A program made the translations under genes and the position numbers. From positions 5,829-69,828 of the forward strand of contig NZ_JBGSOZ010000151.1 in assembly GCF_041738905.1 (NCBI RefSeq): a stretch of DNA of 64,000 nt, read 5' to 3'. Of this stretch, positions 59,961 to 64,000 are shown one piece after another. Positions within the stretch are counted from its first letter, which is position 1. Every line of letters begins with the position of its first letter. The DNA is from Aestuariivirga sp. Its GTDB lineage: Bacteria; Pseudomonadota; Alphaproteobacteria; Rhizobiales; Aestuariivirgaceae. Below the pieces are notes generated by a model. The model was not told the origin of the DNA and did no database searches. It saw only the letters and a program-made list of their open reading frames with translations.

Positions 59961-60560
59961 TGATCAATTCCCTGTGAGGGCCTTGGAACCAGTTGTGGCA
60001 TTTCAATCCTAAAGACCGTGCGCATCGCTTTGGCGGCAAGGCCGCTCAAGAATTATGGCTCTGAGTCAACCACCCGGCTTCTTGGCGCAGAACTCGCCGA
60101 TTCCGACCTGACAGAAAGCGGATCGATCTGATAGACGTTGCCGTCGAACCAGTCGAAGGTCCCGTTTAAGACCTGCCGGACGTGACGTTCGACTTGCCAG
60201 AATGCCGACCGGCGCACGCGACGCACAACGGCCGCAGGTGCTCTCACCGCAGCGGCCGTTGGTAGCATGGCGCGCAGCAACCGCAATACTGGCCGCAACG
60301 CAGGCCGCAGGGCAATGGTCGGAGGTGGGGTGGGACTAGTGCGCTCCAACAGTCGTTGGACGGGCAACTATTATCGCCATTTCCGCAACTCAGGTGGTGA
60401 GACGGAATTGTACGTCCTGATGGCTGGGAAGTATTACCGTTACTTTGCTACGTCTGTCACAATCTCTTGCGAAGGTGGCGTGCGCGCACTTGCAAAGCGT
60501 GCGCAAACCACGCATGCTTGTTCCAATCATTATGCACTCATGGGGCTTGGGTAATTGGAT

Positions 60561-61409
60561 ATGAAATTGAGGAACGCAAGCCTGACATTGACCTGCACGC
60601 TGCTGTTGGCGTCTGCCAGCGTGACGCCCGCCGCCGCGGCAGACCTGGCGCCACTTCCTGATACAAGTGAGTGGCGCTTCACGCTCGCGCCATACGCGTG
60701 GGGCGTGGGACTCAGCGGCGACGTGGGCGTCTTCGGCCGTGGTCCAGTGGATGTCGACATTCCGTTCTCGGATATACTCGAAAATCTCGACTTTGCGGCC
60801 ATGGCCGTCGCCGAGGCCCATAATGGGACCTGGGGCGTGTTCGTGGACCTCAATTATACAAGTCTCTCAGCCGGCAAATCGAGATCACGTTCCCTTGAAC
60901 GCGACATATTCGAGCAGTTTGGCGCGACAGCGGAGGTGAGCGCCTCGGCTGATATCACAGAGTTCTTTGGCACTTTTATGGGACAATGGCGGGCGGTCGA
61001 CTCGGATAATGTGACCTTGGATCTGATGGCGGGCGCGCGTTACTGGCATATCGACAATGACATTGAAGCCCGCGCCAGCTTGACGTTGGCCACCCCGGAG
61101 CAAGAACTCACGTGGAGCAAGGCAGTCAGCGGTTCCGATGGTGCCTCATGGGTTGATCCCATGGTGGGCATCAAGGCGCGCATCGATACGACGACGCCGG
61201 TTTATTTCACCGGATGGGGAATGGTCGGTGGCTTCGGCGTGGGCTCGGATCTCAATTGGGATGTCATGGGCGGCGTCGGATACCAGTGGACCGAAAAGTT
61301 CTCGACGGTCCTCGGTTATCGGGCGCTCGGTGTTGATTATGAGGACGATGGTTTCGTCTACGACGTCATCCAGCAGGGTGTCGCGTTTGGCGGAGTTATC
61401 AATTTCTAG
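60561..61409 (+). CDS. Outer-membrane beta-barrel-like protein
   Basis: Signal peptide; alternating aromatic beta strands; terminal Phe. Confidence 0.75.
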   Translation: MKLRNASLTLTCTLLLASASVTPAAAADLAPLPDTSEWRFTLAPYAWGVGLSGDVGVFGRGPVDVDIPFSDILENLDFAAMAVAEAHNGTWGVFVDLNYTSLSAGKSRSRSLERDIFEQFGATAEVSASADITEFFGTFMGQWRAVDSDNVTLDLMAGARYWHIDNDIEARASLTLATPEQELTWSKAVSGSDGASWVDPMVGIKARIDTTTPVYFTGWGMVGGFGVGSDLNWDVMGGVGYQWTEKFSTVLGYRALGVDYEDDGFVYDVIQQGVAFGGVINF

Positions 61410-61620
61410 CCCAGTCATCCGGGCGCTGGACGGTGGAACGTTTCACCACGCGGCCATTGCGGCTTCGCACGAAGCTGCCGCCGTCAGTTTTTTCGGCGCA
61501 ACTGGGGCGGCTGTGGTGATAGTGCAGCTTCCGGCGTGGTCGACAAACTGCTGACCAAGGGGCCGATAACGGTTTGGTGGTACGTGGCGACCCCAAACGC
61601 GAGACAACAGGCCTGGCAAC

Positions 61621-62280
61621 TCAGCCTGAAAGGCGGTCTTTCTTCATGCGCAACGTCACCACCAGTCCGCTCGGTTGCCAATCATATTCAATGGCACCGT
61701 GAAGCTGACTTGAGATGCTTCTTGCAACCATCTTGCTGCCATAACCGTGTAGCTCGGCAGGCTCCTCCACGGGCGGGCTTCCGGTTTCGACCCAGATCAG
61801 ATGGATATGATCTACATTGATCGTGCTGGAAATATCAAGTGAACCGGTATCAGCCGACAGGGCTCCGTGTTTGACCGAATTGGTGGCAAGCTCATGCACA
61901 ATCATCGCCAGCGTATTGGCCGTACTCTCTCCAACTCCCATGCGAGGAACCGCCACACGGATGCGTCCAGAAAAAGCTGCCGATTCGTCGTAGGGCGTGA
62001 GCAACACTGACAACAGATCACCGAGAAGGACTGCTTTCACCTCGCTGTTGGGCAGGGACCGGACGAGATCATGCGCCCGTCCCAGTGCAGTGAGGCGCTG
62101 GGTTAGATGAGTAGTCATATCGCTGATCGTCGATGCCGAGCGCGATGTAATGGTGGTCAAGCTTGTTGCAATCGCCAGCAGGTTTTTCACGCGATGGCTC
62201 ATTTCCCCCGCAAGAAGCTCGTGGCCTTCTTCGGCTTGTTTACGGCCGGTGACATCGAGAAAGATGCCGAAGATGTCCCT
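61621..62280 (-). pseudogene. HWE histidine kinase, 5'-truncated
   Basis: IFLDVTGRKQAEE (PAC end), EMSHRVKNL, HELATNSVKHGALS, WVETG; stop directly upstream in frame, sensor domains missing. Confidence 0.75.
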
Positions 62281-62502
62281 CGATTATCTGCGGTATGGCC
62301 GCTACAGTGTTACGGCACCGAAGAACGCCAAGTACAGGCTGACTGTCCTGGTCGGCTCCTCCCTCGTTGTAGGTGCGATGCTACTCGCCGCCGCTACAGC
62401 AGGTGATTCTGGAATAGAAAATGCCATGGTGGCGAACTCCGGTTACAGAGTAAGTCTGCAACAAAGAACACCCAACTCAAACCAAAGACGAGGACAACTC
62501 AA

Positions 62503-63315
62503 ATGCGGCTAGGGAAACTTCTGGTATGCTGCGTATCGTTGGTAATTGCCACTTGCGCCCAGGCGATTGCCGAGGACGCATCACTGGCGCAGGAACTGTC
62601 CAATCCGATCGCGTCCTTGATCAGTGTACCCTTTCAGTTCAACTACGATCAGAACATCGGTCCCGAAGAGGAGGGTCATCGGCTGACGCTGAACATACAG
62701 CCCGTGATCCCGATCTCGCTCAATGACGACTGGAACGTCATCTCCCGGACCATCGTCCCAATCGTCAGCCAGGATGACATATTCCCAGGTGCAGGCGATC
62801 AGTTCGGCCTCGGAGACACTGTTCAGAGCCTGTTTTTCTCTCCTGCATCCCCTGGCCCGAGCGGCATTATCTGGGGTGCGGGGCCTGTGTTCTTGGTTCC
62901 GACAGGCGGCTTGTCAGATGATCTCCTTTCAAGCGAGAAATGGGGCGCAGGTCCCACGGGCGTGGTTCTCAAGCAGACGGGTGGATGGACCTATGGCGCG
63001 CTCGCAAACCACATCTGGTCCTTTGCCGGCGATGATGATCGTACTGATGTAAATGCCACGTTCATTCAGCCTTTCCTGTCATACACGACTCCAGATGCCT
63101 GGACGTTCTCGCTCAACACCGAAACCACCTATAACTGGGAAACAGAAGAGTGGACTGTTCCGGTGAATGGTATCGTGAGCAAGCTGTTGACATTCGGGAC
63201 ACAGCCCGTCAGCCTTGCAGCAGGCGTACGCTATTATGTGGAAAGCTCTGACTCTGGGCCGCATGGCTGGGGAGCCCGCCTTGCCGTGACATTCCTGTTT
63301 CCAACCAAAAATTGA
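62503..63315 (+). CDS. Putative outer-membrane transporter/channel
   Basis: Signal peptide; LSNPIASLISVPFQ; amphipathic beta strands. Confidence 0.7.
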   Translation: MRLGKLLVCCVSLVIATCAQAIAEDASLAQELSNPIASLISVPFQFNYDQNIGPEEEGHRLTLNIQPVIPISLNDDWNVISRTIVPIVSQDDIFPGAGDQFGLGDTVQSLFFSPASPGPSGIIWGAGPVFLVPTGGLSDDLLSSEKWGAGPTGVVLKQTGGWTYGALANHIWSFAGDDDRTDVNATFIQPFLSYTTPDAWTFSLNTETTYNWETEEWTVPVNGIVSKLLTFGTQPVSLAAGVRYYVESSDSGPHGWGARLAVTFLFPTKN

Positions 63316-63348
63316 CAACACGCAGCCCGGACAGCTGAGGAGCCGACA

Positions 63349-64000
63349 ATGATCAACCGACGCACATTCATGCTTTTTGCCTCCACGGCTCTCGCCATTC
63401 GTCCGGCACTGGCCGCTGACATGGCCGACATCATCTATTCGGGTGGCCCGATCCTTACCATGAACGATGCAAACCCCCGCGTTGAGGTCGTGGCCGTCAA
63501 GGGCGGGCGCATTATGGCCGCAGGCACATCTGCGGACCTGATGAAGCTCAAGAATGACAAAACCAGGATGGTTGATCTCGGGGGCAGAACCATGCTGCCC
63601 GGTTTTGTCGATCCGCACGGCCACATGATGATGGGTGGTCTCCAGGCGCTCAGCGCCAACATGCTGCCGCCGCCAGACGGCGAGATTACCAGCATCGCGG
63701 ACATCCAGAATACGCTGCGCGCCTGGGCCGAGGCGAACAAGGAGACAGTGACAGGTGCGAACCTCATCATGGGATTCGGCTATGATGATTCGCAGTTGAA
63801 GGAACTTCGCCCACCAACGAAGGAAGAACTCGACGAGGTGTCGAAGGACATTCCGGTCCTCATCGTGCATCAGTCGGGACACATAGGTGCATGTAACACC
63901 AAGTGCATCGATGTGATCGGATATACAGCCGAGACCCCTGATCCTGCGGGTGGCGTCATCCGCCGCAAGGAGGGAAGCCAGGAGCCGAGCGGCATCATCG
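63349..64000 (+). CDS. Tat-exported amidohydrolase (YtcJ-like), runs off the window
   Basis: MINRRTF; DLGGRTMLPGFVDPHGH. Confidence 0.85.
   Translation, partial: MINRRTFMLFASTALAIRPALAADMADIIYSGGPILTMNDANPRVEVVAVKGGRIMAAGTSADLMKLKNDKTRMVDLGGRTMLPGFVDPHGHMMMGGLQALSANMLPPPDGEITSIADIQNTLRAWAEANKETVTGANLIMGFGYDDSQLKELRPPTKEELDEVSKDIPVLIVHQSGHIGACNTKCIDVIGYTAETPDPAGGVIRRKEGSQEPSGII

Noticed and set aside
60053-60554. Short ORFs 60053-60367 and 60267-60554 as genes
   Set aside because: No recognisable motif, SD or signal; they overlap each other

Overview
GC-rich alphaproteobacterial-type (Rhizobiales-like) accessory DNA with three blocks. (1) 1-~23290: a decayed lambdoid prophage. It has a recombination/replication module (AAA ATPase, Cas4-like nuclease, RecD-like helicase, primase-VirE helicase), an ori-like repeat array, a RuvC-like gene, a late promoter, a lambda-like cos region, a ParB-methyltransferase, terminase, portal, ClpP protease and decoration protein. 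The major capsid gene is fused in frame to a distal tail-region gene, so the capsid C-terminus and all tail genes are gone; the endolysin is also truncated. Three cargo insertions sit at module junctions. (2) ~23500-55500: a histone-H1-like gene, small transporters including a fluoride-riboswitch-led MFS gene, then a ~28 kb Cu/Zn/Cd/Co resistance island. The island holds two RND systems, two P1B-ATPases, a multicopper oxidase, a MerR operon, two two-component systems, two CutF/CruR-like leader ORFs, CueR boxes and a chrBA relic. (3) 56100-64000: Crp regulator, Tat-exported hydrolases and outer-membrane proteins. Best leads: the fluoride riboswitch-MFS pair, leader-peptide control of cusBA and the multicopper oxidase, the MerR-controlled dsbA-L,D-transpeptidase-zntA operon, and a capsid-less but cos/terminase/replication-intact element next to a metal island. 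All family calls come from motifs read by eye; no database searches were run.
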